From sequence record OQ708376.1: a stretch of 64,000 nucleotides of DNA; one strand, written 5' to 3'. Within the stretch, counting starts at the first letter, position 1. Every line of letters starts with the position of its first letter. The position numbers were made by a program, and so were the translations under genes. The notes beneath the pieces are model-generated. The model searched no databases. It had not been told where the DNA came from and worked only from the letters and a program-made list of their open reading frames with translations. Below, piece by piece: positions 43,878 to 53,217 of the stretch.

Positions 43878-44855
43878 ATGGCTCATCACGGCGTGTTTAT
43901 GTACCCTTATAATCAGGAAGTATCATTGGGCAATTTTAATATGCCATATAGCAATGAAAAACTAACTATATATAGAGGGGCAAATAATAATTTATCTTTT
44001 ACTGTTCACAACGCTGATGGAAAATATACTTTATTGAAAGATAATGAATATCTTACATTTATGATTTTTGATGCACGAAATAATACTAAACTATTTGATG
44101 TTGTATTAGAAAAACAAGAACCCAGTTGGTTATCAGAAAGTGGACAAGCAAGACAAACATTAGGAAATAAAAAGAAAGTATATTATGGATGTATTGTTCC
44201 AGCAGGAGTTATTCAAGATACCAGTCCTGGTTCAAAATATAGATGGAGCATTACTAAAGTAACAATGGATGGTTCACTTATAGAACCAACACAATATCTA
44301 TATACAGGGATGAACTTTGAGGCATCAGCAGAGCTAATAATTTCAGACCAAGCAGCACCTGTATTTGTCCCCAGTACTGAAATATCAGTTAATAAAAATC
44401 CAGCATGGACAACTATAAAGCGTTTATATCATGAACCAATTGGAAATGGTATGATTGGTGAATATGATATTCTCGCATCAACTCCACTACCAGCACAAAT
44501 GCAGTTTGGATTAGTAGATGGATTAAGTAGTATTGCAATCTATTTTGATAAATTTATTGGTAGAATACAGCTACAAGGGTGCTTGTGTAACAACGTACCT
44601 AATGATAATGAAAACTATAAATGGTTTATTATTAAATTAGATGGAAAGGATTATATTGAAAATGGAATTGATTCAGAAGGTTTTCCAAAAGAACTTGACG
44701 GAATACAAGCATTTAATTTTAAAGGAAATTATATGTGGTTACGTTTGGTGGTTGCTATTCATCCCAAAATTGTTCCAGTACCATATGACTATGCTGCTGT
44801 CCGAAAAGTGTATGACCCTTTCCTAACAGTACCTAAAATTTTGATACGTAGATGA
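43878..44855 (+). CDS. Probable virion structural protein (beta-rich)
   Basis: GGAAGG SD before ATG 43878; IYRGANNNLSFTVHNADGK; late promoters upstream. Confidence 0.5.
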   Translation: MAHHGVFMYPYNQEVSLGNFNMPYSNEKLTIYRGANNNLSFTVHNADGKYTLLKDNEYLTFMIFDARNNTKLFDVVLEKQEPSWLSESGQARQTLGNKKKVYYGCIVPAGVIQDTSPGSKYRWSITKVTMDGSLIEPTQYLYTGMNFEASAELIISDQAAPVFVPSTEISVNKNPAWTTIKRLYHEPIGNGMIGEYDILASTPLPAQMQFGLVDGLSSIAIYFDKFIGRIQLQGCLCNNVPNDNENYKWFIIKLDGKDYIENGIDSEGFPKELDGIQAFNFKGNYMWLRLVVAIHPKIVPVPYDYAAVRKVYDPFLTVPKILIRR

Positions 44856-44881
44856 GACAAAACTAGAAGGTGTGCTATAAT
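44853..44881 (+). promoter_or_regulatory. Promoter TGAGACA-N16-TATAAT
   Basis: Recurrent motif upstream of primase. Confidence 0.75.
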
Positions 44882-44910
44882 CATTTGTAAGAAAAGACAA
44901 GGATTAACTT

Positions 44911-45966
44911 ATGAACGCTGTACAAAACATAATGGCACAAATTATGAATGATCCAGTACCTGCGATTGGTACATGGTCACAACACAACTGTCCAGCTTGT
45001 GTGTTCAGAGGACATTCAAGGCCGGATACAAAGCACCGTGGTAATCATATGTTCAATGCAGATGGTTCCGTTTCATATAACTGCTTTAACTGTAGTTTAA
45101 AAACTGGTTGGCAACCAGGAAAATATATGAGCAAAGATATGGAGTCTTTGCTCATTTCTTTTGGTGCACAAGATAAAGAAATAGAATTAGTTAAGTTTTA
45201 TATTAAAGAAATGGTTGACAGCGGTGATTTTGCTGCACAAGAAACTGTTGCATCAAAATTGTATGACCGAGTAACAGTACGTGATTTGCCATCAAATGCA
45301 AAAACATTTTGGGAATGGGCTTCTTTACCTGAAGATAAAATTCCACAAGAATTTATAAGTGTTTTGCATAATGTCAATGAAAGAAACCCATATCTGTTAG
45401 ACTTAGAATTATATTGGTCACCTAATAAAGAACATAAAATGTATGACAGATTTATTATTCCATATTTCATGAATGGTAAAATTATTGGTTATACTGCACG
45501 ACATAAATTAAAAGATCCTGGAAGTACATACAGGTTCATAAATCAAGTAAGTACTAATATACTATATAACTATGATTTATTAAAAGATGAACGAATAAAA
45601 ACAATTTTAGTATGTGAGGGTCCGTTAGACGCAGCATTAATGGGTGGTGTATCTGCTAATAACTTTAAATTATCAAACGTACAGATTGATGTATTAAAAG
45701 ATGCACAGCAAAAAGGTAAAAAAATAGTTATTGTTCCAGATAGAGATAAAGATGGATTAATAACTATAGACCAAGCACTTGAAAATGGATTCAGTGTTTC
45801 CTTCCCAGACTTTGGTGCTGTAAGAGAAGGTAGTACAATACGTCATATCAAAGACTTTGAAGAAGCTTGTGCACGATTTGGTAGGTTATTTTGTTTACAA
45901 TTAATACATGATAGTATAGTAGATGAGCCATTTTATATTAAAGCTCAAACGGATAAATGGATGTAA
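44911..45966 (+). CDS. gp61: DNA primase (zinc finger + TOPRIM)
   Basis: CPAC...YNCFNC; VCEGPLDA; VPDRDKDG. Confidence 0.88.
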   Translation: MNAVQNIMAQIMNDPVPAIGTWSQHNCPACVFRGHSRPDTKHRGNHMFNADGSVSYNCFNCSLKTGWQPGKYMSKDMESLLISFGAQDKEIELVKFYIKEMVDSGDFAAQETVASKLYDRVTVRDLPSNAKTFWEWASLPEDKIPQEFISVLHNVNERNPYLLDLELYWSPNKEHKMYDRFIIPYFMNGKIIGYTARHKLKDPGSTYRFINQVSTNILYNYDLLKDERIKTILVCEGPLDAALMGGVSANNFKLSNVQIDVLKDAQQKGKKIVIVPDRDKDGLITIDQALENGFSVSFPDFGAVREGSTIRHIKDFEEACARFGRLFCLQLIHDSIVDEPFYIKAQTDKWM

Positions 45967-45988
45967 TACATATAATGAGGGAACATAG

Positions 45989-47509
45989 ATGATTCAAAGC
46001 ACAGTGGATGTGAAACAATATGGGATTAATGCACAACAATACTTATTATCTCAGATTTTCAGTAATCCTGATTTATATGTACGTTGTAAAAATATCCTTA
46101 AACCAGAATATTTTGATAAAACATTTCATGAAAGTATTCAATACGTGCATGATTATGCTGCAAAATATAGTTCATCACCTACTTTGAAAGATATTGAAGT
46201 TAAAGGTGGTTATCAATACGATCAATATGAAGTTCAAGAATTACATAAACAATCAGTACTTGATACCTGTGGTGAATTTTGTCGCCATAAAGCATTAGCT
46301 TTAGCCGTTGAAAAAGGAATGGAACTTGTCCATCAGAAAAAATATGGTGGAATCGAAGAACTAATCCGAGAAGCAATGTTGGTAACGGTACAGAATGAGT
46401 TAGGTTTGGATATTTTTGAAAACCCTGAAGATACAATCCGCTCACTCAGTACAATGCAAGGATCATTTAAGAGTGGTTGGGAAACTCTTGATTACAAACT
46501 TTTCGGTGGATTTGGGCGTAGAGAGTTAGAGATCTTTGCTGCTGCATCAGGTGGTGGTAAATCAGTAGTACTGCAAAATTTAGCAGTTAACTTTGCGAAA
46601 GCTGGAATGAATGGTGCATACATTTCACTTGAACTAGCTGAAGAGTTGGTTGCTGTTCGTATCTATGGTATGATGACTGAATCAAAACTCAGTAACGTAA
46701 AAAATGAAGCTGAAAAGATTGGATTTGCTGTTAAAGTTGAAGGTAAAAACAGTGGTATGTTGCGTATTAAACGCTTACCTGAATCTGTAACAACCACAGA
46801 CGATATTGAAAGTTATCTACGTGAATTACAAATTAAGATGGAAATCAAACTTGATTATGTATGCGTGGACTATTTGGATCTATTAACTTCTAATCGTCTT
46901 GGACCAAATGATAAATCCAATACATTTACTAAAGATAAATTTGTATCAGAAGAATTACGTGCTCTTGCATCCAAAATGGATTTGACTGTTTTCACTGCAT
47001 CTCAGTTTAACCGTAGTGGTATGGACGAAGATAAGAAAAGTCAAAGTCAGATTGCTGGTGGTATTTCAAAAATTTATACTGCTGATAACGTAATTTATAT
47101 TGAAGCAAAAAAAGAAACTGGCGAACTATGGTTTGATTTCCAAAAAACACGTAACAGTAGTGCAGTAGGTTCCCGTTTGCGTATGTCATATGATATTGAT
47201 TCATTGAGAGTTCTTGACCACGCAACTACAGTACAACAAATGGAAACCGAAGGTAATGGATTCCGTCACAGCGGTGTTTCTAAGATTGGTGGAGGGAACA
47301 TGGCGTTACCACCCAGCACTATGCAAACATTACGTCATTCGCTTTCTGGTGCAGCTAAATCACCATCTGTGCAACCTGACAATACAGTAACACTAAATAC
47401 TGATAGTGCTCCTAACTCTACGACACAAAACGAAATACAGAATCCACAGACACATGCTGGTACTGATCGTGTTCATGCAATGAAGCAATGGTTAAATCAA
47501 AGGAAATGA
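45989..47509 (+). CDS. gp41: Replicative DnaB-like helicase
   Basis: AASGGGKS, ISLEL, VDYLDL, TASQFNR, KTRNS. Confidence 0.92.
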   Translation: MIQSTVDVKQYGINAQQYLLSQIFSNPDLYVRCKNILKPEYFDKTFHESIQYVHDYAAKYSSSPTLKDIEVKGGYQYDQYEVQELHKQSVLDTCGEFCRHKALALAVEKGMELVHQKKYGGIEELIREAMLVTVQNELGLDIFENPEDTIRSLSTMQGSFKSGWETLDYKLFGGFGRRELEIFAAASGGGKSVVLQNLAVNFAKAGMNGAYISLELAEELVAVRIYGMMTESKLSNVKNEAEKIGFAVKVEGKNSGMLRIKRLPESVTTTDDIESYLRELQIKMEIKLDYVCVDYLDLLTSNRLGPNDKSNTFTKDKFVSEELRALASKMDLTVFTASQFNRSGMDEDKKSQSQIAGGISKIYTADNVIYIEAKKETGELWFDFQKTRNSSAVGSRLRMSYDIDSLRVLDHATTVQQMETEGNGFRHSGVSKIGGGNMALPPSTMQTLRHSLSGAAKSPSVQPDNTVTLNTDSAPNSTTQNEIQNPQTHAGTDRVHAMKQWLNQRK

Positions 47510-47512
47510 TAA

Positions 47513-47785
47513 ATGTCTAGTAAATCCAATAAAAAGAATCTACTTGATAGTATAGTTGACTATACGCCAGAGAAAGATACATTACAGAGTTTTAGTAATC
47601 GTGCCGACCACGCAATAAACTCTGTGATTCATTTATTGGAGAGCATTGAAGATGAGTTTAACCAAACTGATGCTGAAGATTTAAAAAAACGCTTATTTCT
47701 AAGTATAAAAAACCGAGATTATAAAAAGTTTCAAAAAGGGTTAGAGAATATAGCACTTGATGAAAAACGTAATAAAGGAAATTAA
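47513..47785 (+). CDS. Hypothetical protein (probable virion)
   Basis: ORF at the start of the late cluster. Confidence 0.6.
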   Translation: MSSKSNKKNLLDSIVDYTPEKDTLQSFSNRADHAINSVIHLLESIEDEFNQTDAEDLKKRLFLSIKNRDYKKFQKGLENIALDEKRNKGN

Positions 47786-47786
47786 T

Positions 47787-47951
47787 ATGAAGAAAAAGAA
47801 TATCAAAGAAAATGCATCTTCTGGAGCTACTTCAGCAGGTGCTATTGCATCAGTCAGTACTGGTTTACATTATCCATTACATCGTAGATTGCCTCCTACT
47901 AACTTCTTTGGATACAAAGTCGTAGAGAAAAAAGATAAGGACAAAGAATGA
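47787..47951 (+). CDS. Small head-associated hypothetical protein
   Basis: AAGGA SD; IKENASSGATSAGAIA motif. Confidence 0.55.
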   Translation: MKKKNIKENASSGATSAGAIASVSTGLHYPLHRRLPPTNFFGYKVVEKKDKDKE

Positions 47952-48340
47952 AACCATATACATTCTACACAATTCACACTGTAGTAGATATTGGTGATGG
48001 TAAAACCCCAACAATCATAGATTCTAAGTTCACTGGTGCTATGAACTTGTCTAGGTTGTTGGAAGCTATTATGGTATATGACTATCCAATGATGGTAAGC
48101 GTTGTTAAAAATGAAGTCGATTTATATAAAGATAATAATTCATCTTTTTATAACATGCCAATTTCTTGGGGAAAATGTACCATAAGCACATTCAAATTCG
48201 CATTACCAATGGATGTCGAACTTCGTTTGAATGGTATACCATTGGTTCTACCAACCGAATTAAATGGAAAACGAATAACAAAATTTATCACATCTGGTGA
48301 TGATATTAACATTAGCATCAGCAAACAGACCTTTTCTTAA
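47948..48340 (+). CDS. Hypothetical protein (probable virion)
   Basis: ATGA-coupled ORF. Confidence 0.6.
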   Translation: MKPYTFYTIHTVVDIGDGKTPTIIDSKFTGAMNLSRLLEAIMVYDYPMMVSVVKNEVDLYKDNNSSFYNMPISWGKCTISTFKFALPMDVELRLNGIPLVLPTELNGKRITKFITSGDDINISISKQTFS

Positions 48341-48396
48341 TTGTGATAAATATCATAAAGCAAGACAGAGGTCTTTTTATTTTATATGGAGAAATT

Positions 48397-49341
48397 ATGG
48401 ATATAAACCAAACAGCAACTGAACTTCAAAAGTTCGCAGATGCACATAATTTGAATGTTGATGTTTCTGTTATTCTTGATAATATGGATGCAGGTGATTT
48501 TATCACTTTAAATTCTGCGATTGATAATTCTGACAATCGTGAAATATTCCAAATTTTACAAAAATACAAAGCACAGATGAGTGAATGTTATAATTATTTT
48601 AGTACTAAAAATGTTAACAAACATATTAATGAAAGCACTGAACTTCATAGTATTGTTGATTCAATGTCACTAAAGCAATTAGCAGAAGAGTATCATAAAA
48701 ATTATACATATTCAGATATAACAAAACTAACCACACAAGAATTAAAAGCAATTGTATTTGAAGATTTACAAAATCAAGCCACACAAATGCAAGCAAAACA
48801 AATTGCTAAAATGAATGTTTCTCAGGGTCAACAACAAGTCAATCCACAAACTCAAGCTAAAATGAAACAAGCTGAGTTGCAAAGAAATGCTAATAATATG
48901 AAAGTTAGTGTTCCTGGTACACAAAGCGGGACAGATTCGGTTGAACCTGTAGTTGGTGTTGACCCAGGACAAACACCGGAGCAATCATTAGTTATTACTA
49001 AAAGTGGGACTAAGCCAAATGAGTTGAACGTTTTTCCTTTGAGTGATGTTAATCCTATTGATAATCAAAATAATCCAATTCGTGAAGAAAAATCTCCACA
49101 AGAAATTAACAGTGAACTTATGGCTAATTCCAGTTTAGAGCCTGATAGTAATCCTGATACACCATCACCATTGTCACATCACGCACCTGGTATGGGCGAA
49201 ATGATACATGCAATTTCTGATATTGAAAAAGAAGATGATATCTATGGTGATGAAAGTGTTATGGCAAACACATCACAATCTGATAATGATGACATGGTAG
49301 ACCAAATTATCGATTTCTGTCATCGTATGCGAGGTCGTTAA
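48397..49341 (+). CDS. Probable internal head protein
   Basis: Late promoter at 48346, GGAG SD, Q-rich region, INES/IREE motifs. Confidence 0.5.
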   Translation: MDINQTATELQKFADAHNLNVDVSVILDNMDAGDFITLNSAIDNSDNREIFQILQKYKAQMSECYNYFSTKNVNKHINESTELHSIVDSMSLKQLAEEYHKNYTYSDITKLTTQELKAIVFEDLQNQATQMQAKQIAKMNVSQGQQQVNPQTQAKMKQAELQRNANNMKVSVPGTQSGTDSVEPVVGVDPGQTPEQSLVITKSGTKPNELNVFPLSDVNPIDNQNNPIREEKSPQEINSELMANSSLEPDSNPDTPSPLSHHAPGMGEMIHAISDIEKEDDIYGDESVMANTSQSDNDDMVDQIIDFCHRMRGR

Positions 49342-49559
49342 TGAGAACAGTACTAAATGTGCATGGTCACAATACAATGGTTTCTAATGAAGAATATAAA
49401 CTATTACAAAAGATAAAAGCACGCGGTACTGTTCCAGTTGAAAAGGTAAATGAATATTATCAGGAATTAGCTGATAAGATGGTATCACGTGGTGTTCTAA
49501 ATAAAATAGAAAATGATGACGGTACTGAATCTTACCAAACAGTTAGGAGTAGTAAATGA
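49341..49559 (+). CDS. Small hypothetical protein
   Basis: Coupled ORF. Confidence 0.65.
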   Translation: MRTVLNVHGHNTMVSNEEYKLLQKIKARGTVPVEKVNEYYQELADKMVSRGVLNKIENDDGTESYQTVRSSK

Positions 49560-50227
49560 ATTACGAATATGATCAACAATCAGTTAATCAGATGGCTGAT
49601 TTGTTAAGTGGATTGAATGACATTGAAGCTGGTGAAACACATAACGCATCGGGGGTTCCATATAAAACTGGTGGTGATATCGGTGCTATGGCTTCTATTT
49701 TAACTTCATTAAATGAAGCAGGTATGGATTATGGTGAACCACAACATCCACATATGGTTCAATACAATTCTCCGTATAATGAACATTTATCAGGGAATTC
49801 ACCAGTACCTTCGCCACGACCATCACAAGCACCTCTTAAACCAAAAACTAATTGGAGTTTAGTGGAAGAAAAAGTACAAGGTACTAAATCTACTAAAGTT
49901 TATAGCATTAAGTGTAATCATAGTTCACAAATTATCATGAATAATATTATGATGTATGAAGCAGCACTTACATTAGTTAATCTTCTTAATGAAGGAAGAA
50001 TGTTGACAGATGCAAAAGTACTTGGTATAATCAGTTCGGGTCTTCAATACACGAATGTGATTAGTGAAGCATTGAAAGCAGCCCAGAAACGTCAACGCGT
50101 ACTTAATGAATCGAAGTATGATGAAGCAAAAGATTTAGATATAATTATTGCAGAAAAGAAAGCTGAAGCGTATAAATTAAAAGAGCGTGTATTAAACTTT
50201 CTAAAAGGCGAAGGTTATATAAAGTAA
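49556..50227 (+). CDS. Probable internal head protein
   Basis: LNEA/LNEG/LNES motifs. Confidence 0.5.
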   Translation: MNYEYDQQSVNQMADLLSGLNDIEAGETHNASGVPYKTGGDIGAMASILTSLNEAGMDYGEPQHPHMVQYNSPYNEHLSGNSPVPSPRPSQAPLKPKTNWSLVEEKVQGTKSTKVYSIKCNHSSQIIMNNIMMYEAALTLVNLLNEGRMLTDAKVLGIISSGLQYTNVISEALKAAQKRQRVLNESKYDEAKDLDIIIAEKKAEAYKLKERVLNFLKGEGYIK

Positions 50228-50259
50228 ATAAATGAGTGATATTTTATAAGGAAATACAA

Positions 50260-50892
50260 ATGTCAAAATATAAAAAACTAATGGAAGCAGCTTCTCGTGC
50301 AGAAGCTATGAAGTTTATTCAACTAAATGAATCTAATATTGAAAAAGCAGAAATTGTTCTTTCAGTAAAAGGTGAGATTGTGGATAAACTCCAACGTCAA
50401 TCTGAGGTTATTAACAACATGGGTGTTGACGTACTAGGCCCATTACTTGACCGTATTAAAGCCGAGCAAGGTCTAGATGCTGCACAAAATTTTAGTGATA
50501 ATGTTCGCCATCTACTACAACATGCAGTTACTACCTTAATGGATGTAAAAGACAAAATCAGTACTGAAACACTTAAACTAACTGGTGATATCACTGACGG
50601 TCCAGATGTTTCTGATATTGGAAGTGAAGATGTTGATATTGATATTGCAGCAGATACCCCAACTTTTGATATGGATGCAGACGCAGACTTTGAAGAAGAC
50701 ATTATCTCTGAGCCAGTACCAACTGAACGTGAAATGAAAGAATCTGTTAAACCAAGTAAAGTTGGTGTAAAAATGGAAAGTATTCGCGGAACTGTGGGTA
50801 CTAAATACTTTAGTTCAAAAGAAGAAATGAAAACATGGCTTTCTGAGAATGAAAAGAAAGTTAAACGTGTTCTAGGATACGTTAAAAAATAA
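50260..50892 (+). CDS. Probable internal head protein
   Basis: AAGGA SD; LMEA/LNES/MKES motifs; acidic linker. Confidence 0.5.
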   Translation: MSKYKKLMEAASRAEAMKFIQLNESNIEKAEIVLSVKGEIVDKLQRQSEVINNMGVDVLGPLLDRIKAEQGLDAAQNFSDNVRHLLQHAVTTLMDVKDKISTETLKLTGDITDGPDVSDIGSEDVDIDIAADTPTFDMDADADFEEDIISEPVPTEREMKESVKPSKVGVKMESIRGTVGTKYFSSKEEMKTWLSENEKKVKRVLGYVKK

Positions 50893-50908
50893 TTAAGGAC
50901 AATTCTAC

Positions 50909-51244
50909 ATGAGATTTCGTGATCTTACTGAAGAGGCTCCTGGTAAAGATATACGCAATATGATTACTACTATTGCGTTGTCTTTAGTGTCCACGGGTCG
51001 AGAAGAAGTAAATGTTCAATCTTTGATTTCTGAAATTAAAAAGAGAACCAACATCGATGTTCCATACAATGTAATGATGGACATTTTGAATTCCCTTCCT
51101 TTTGTACAGGATGCTAATTCTGATGTTGTAACTTTTGCAGGAAATTCAGCAGAAGGTTCAGAAGAAGTCGAGCAAGATTCTGAAGAGCAAGTTGAAGATT
51201 GGGCCACAAAAGCTGCTGTGACAGCAAATAAACAAAAAAACTGA
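50909..51244 (+). CDS. Probable head-associated protein
   Basis: MRFRDLTEEA N-terminus. Confidence 0.5.
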   Translation: MRFRDLTEEAPGKDIRNMITTIALSLVSTGREEVNVQSLISEIKKRTNIDVPYNVMMDILNSLPFVQDANSDVVTFAGNSAEGSEEVEQDSEEQVEDWATKAAVTANKQKN

Positions 51245-51270
51245 GACAAATTAAAATATAATGCTATAAT
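51242..51270 (+). promoter_or_regulatory. Promoter TGAGACA-N16-TATAAT
   Basis: Recurrent motif. Confidence 0.75.
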
Positions 51271-51283
51271 TAGGAGTACACGG

Positions 51284-52003
51284 ATGTACACACCACCAAT
51301 TGTTAGCAGATATACATATGTTGGTTACAATAGAATTGAAGGCGGCCCAGAAGGTCGCCTTTATTCAACTCCAACAGGTAATCTGCCGTCAGTAACAACA
51401 ATTCTAAGTGCGACTTCGAATGACGAAGGTTTAAAGAAATGGAGAGAATTTGTTGGTGAAGAAAAGGCTAATGAGATTACATTAGAAGCATGTACAGTTG
51501 GTACTTTTATGCATGAGAACTTGGAATTTAGATTGGAAGGAAAGCCAGACCATGAAGGCGGTATGCCAATTCGAGTTCTTGCACGTAGAATGGCTGACAA
51601 AATTCAGCAAGAAGCATGGCCTAGAATTAATGAAGTATGGGGACAGGAAGTCCCATTGTACTATGAAGGTTTATGGGCCGGAACAACTGATTTAGTAGGT
51701 GTTCATGATGGAATCCCAACCATTATGGATTATAAAAATTCCCGTAAAGTTAAGAAGTGGGGACAAATCGAAAATTATCGTATGCAAATTGCAGCATATG
51801 CATTAGCCCATAATCAAATGTTTGGTACTAATATAGAACGTGGTGTGATTTTCATCTGTGTAAGAAAAGATCCTAACAATCTACAATATCAAGAGTTTGT
51901 CATAGAAGGTCAAGACTTCAAAGATGCAGTCAATATGTGGATTGAACGTGTAGAACAATACTATATTTTACGTGGAGAAATTGAATCAAATGGAGCAGCA
52001 TAA
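51284..52003 (+). CDS. PD-(D/E)xK exonuclease (lambda-exo/RecB-like)
   Basis: PSVTTILS, GTFMH, QEVPL, GTTDL, MDYKNS, QIAAYA. Confidence 0.88.
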   Translation: MYTPPIVSRYTYVGYNRIEGGPEGRLYSTPTGNLPSVTTILSATSNDEGLKKWREFVGEEKANEITLEACTVGTFMHENLEFRLEGKPDHEGGMPIRVLARRMADKIQQEAWPRINEVWGQEVPLYYEGLWAGTTDLVGVHDGIPTIMDYKNSRKVKKWGQIENYRMQIAAYALAHNQMFGTNIERGVIFICVRKDPNNLQYQEFVIEGQDFKDAVNMWIERVEQYYILRGEIESNGAA

Positions 52004-52544
52004 AAAAATGAAACAAGATCTATATACAATTCGTGCACTAGTAAGTAAAGGTTATGATTTAGAAGAAGTAATTAAACTTAGTGAAGAAGAGATTGATAAA
52101 CTTGATTTATCAAATAAGCTAATTCTAAATATCAAAGATTATAAACAACGTGGTGCTAAACCTGTTGAAGAAATTAAAGAACAAATTGCACAAGATATTA
52201 GTGTTGATGAAGTATCACGCAATGTACCACCAGAAGTTATCCAAGAGTATGTTGTTGATAGTGAAGAACAAGTTAAAGTTTCTGAAGAAGTTGAAATTAT
52301 TGCAGAAGAACTTGCTCCTGAATTGGAAGAAGATGAAGTCGTTATTGAGCGTGTTGTTTCATCTAAAGAAGATTTGGACATTATCAAAGAAGCATTACAG
52401 ACTAAAGAATTTAAAAGTGTTTCCAACTATGTTAAACATTTAAAATCTTTAGTACCAGAACAAATTTTATCTTCTGTAGATAGCTCAGTTGTATCTCAAC
52501 TAATTAATGAGCGTATTGCGGAAGTTAAAGAAAAAGCTAAATAA
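51990..52544 (+). CDS. Hypothetical Glu-rich protein
   Basis: ORF overlapping the upstream stop. Confidence 0.65.
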   Translation: MEQHKKMKQDLYTIRALVSKGYDLEEVIKLSEEEIDKLDLSNKLILNIKDYKQRGAKPVEEIKEQIAQDISVDEVSRNVPPEVIQEYVVDSEEQVKVSEEVEIIAEELAPELEEDEVVIERVVSSKEDLDIIKEALQTKEFKSVSNYVKHLKSLVPEQILSSVDSSVVSQLINERIAEVKEKAK

Positions 52545-52572
52545 TCCTATAATACTATAGGAGATAGTTTTT

Positions 52573-53154
52573 ATGGCACAACAACAAATTGCTTTACAAC
52601 AAGTAAGAACTGGTAAACAGAGAGACTTACCTGATGCATTAGAAAAAGGTCAGATAGGATTCAGTACTGATGTGGGTCGTGTTTTTATTGGCCTTCCATC
52701 ATCATCTGACCCCGCCAGCTTAGTTGCAGGTAGAACTTGGACTACTGATCCAAATTCAGGTAAAGAAAACGTAGAAATAATTACAGAATTTTCACCGTGG
52801 AGAACGGTATCAAAAATAATTAACAGACCGTTTAAAGTTGATCTTCCACAAAATCAAGAAAGTATAGAAGTTATTCTTGAAAGTGAAAGTAGAGTATTCA
52901 TCGATTATATTGCATATGATGATACCGAAACGGTTTTGGAATCAGGAACTATTCAAATTGTAGCTGCTGGTACAAACACGATGATTGCACAGTCAAATAA
53001 TACAAATAGAACTGACGCAATTATTTCTATCTCATTTGAAGATCCTGCATATGATTCTACAACTGGAAATATGCAATTTAACATAGTTAACTCGGATTAT
53101 TTAAATTCAGGATATCATATAGAATTTGTATATCGTGGGTGGGACAAACCTTAA
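52573..53154 (+). CDS. Virion protein with Mtd-N/hyaluronidase-like N-terminal motif
   Basis: QVRTG...DLP..LEKGQIGFSTDVGRVFIG. Confidence 0.55.
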   Translation: MAQQQIALQQVRTGKQRDLPDALEKGQIGFSTDVGRVFIGLPSSSDPASLVAGRTWTTDPNSGKENVEIITEFSPWRTVSKIINRPFKVDLPQNQESIEVILESESRVFIDYIAYDDTETVLESGTIQIVAAGTNTMIAQSNNTNRTDAIISISFEDPAYDSTTGNMQFNIVNSDYLNSGYHIEFVYRGWDKP

Positions 53155-53172
53155 AAGGCGTCCCGCCTTTTT
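53153..53172 (+). terminator. Intrinsic terminator
   Basis: AAAAGGCG-tcc-CGCCTTTT. Confidence 0.6.
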
Positions 53173-53217
53173 CTTCCACTAAAAAAAGAAATTTACATCA
53201 AAAAACAAGGATGACAC

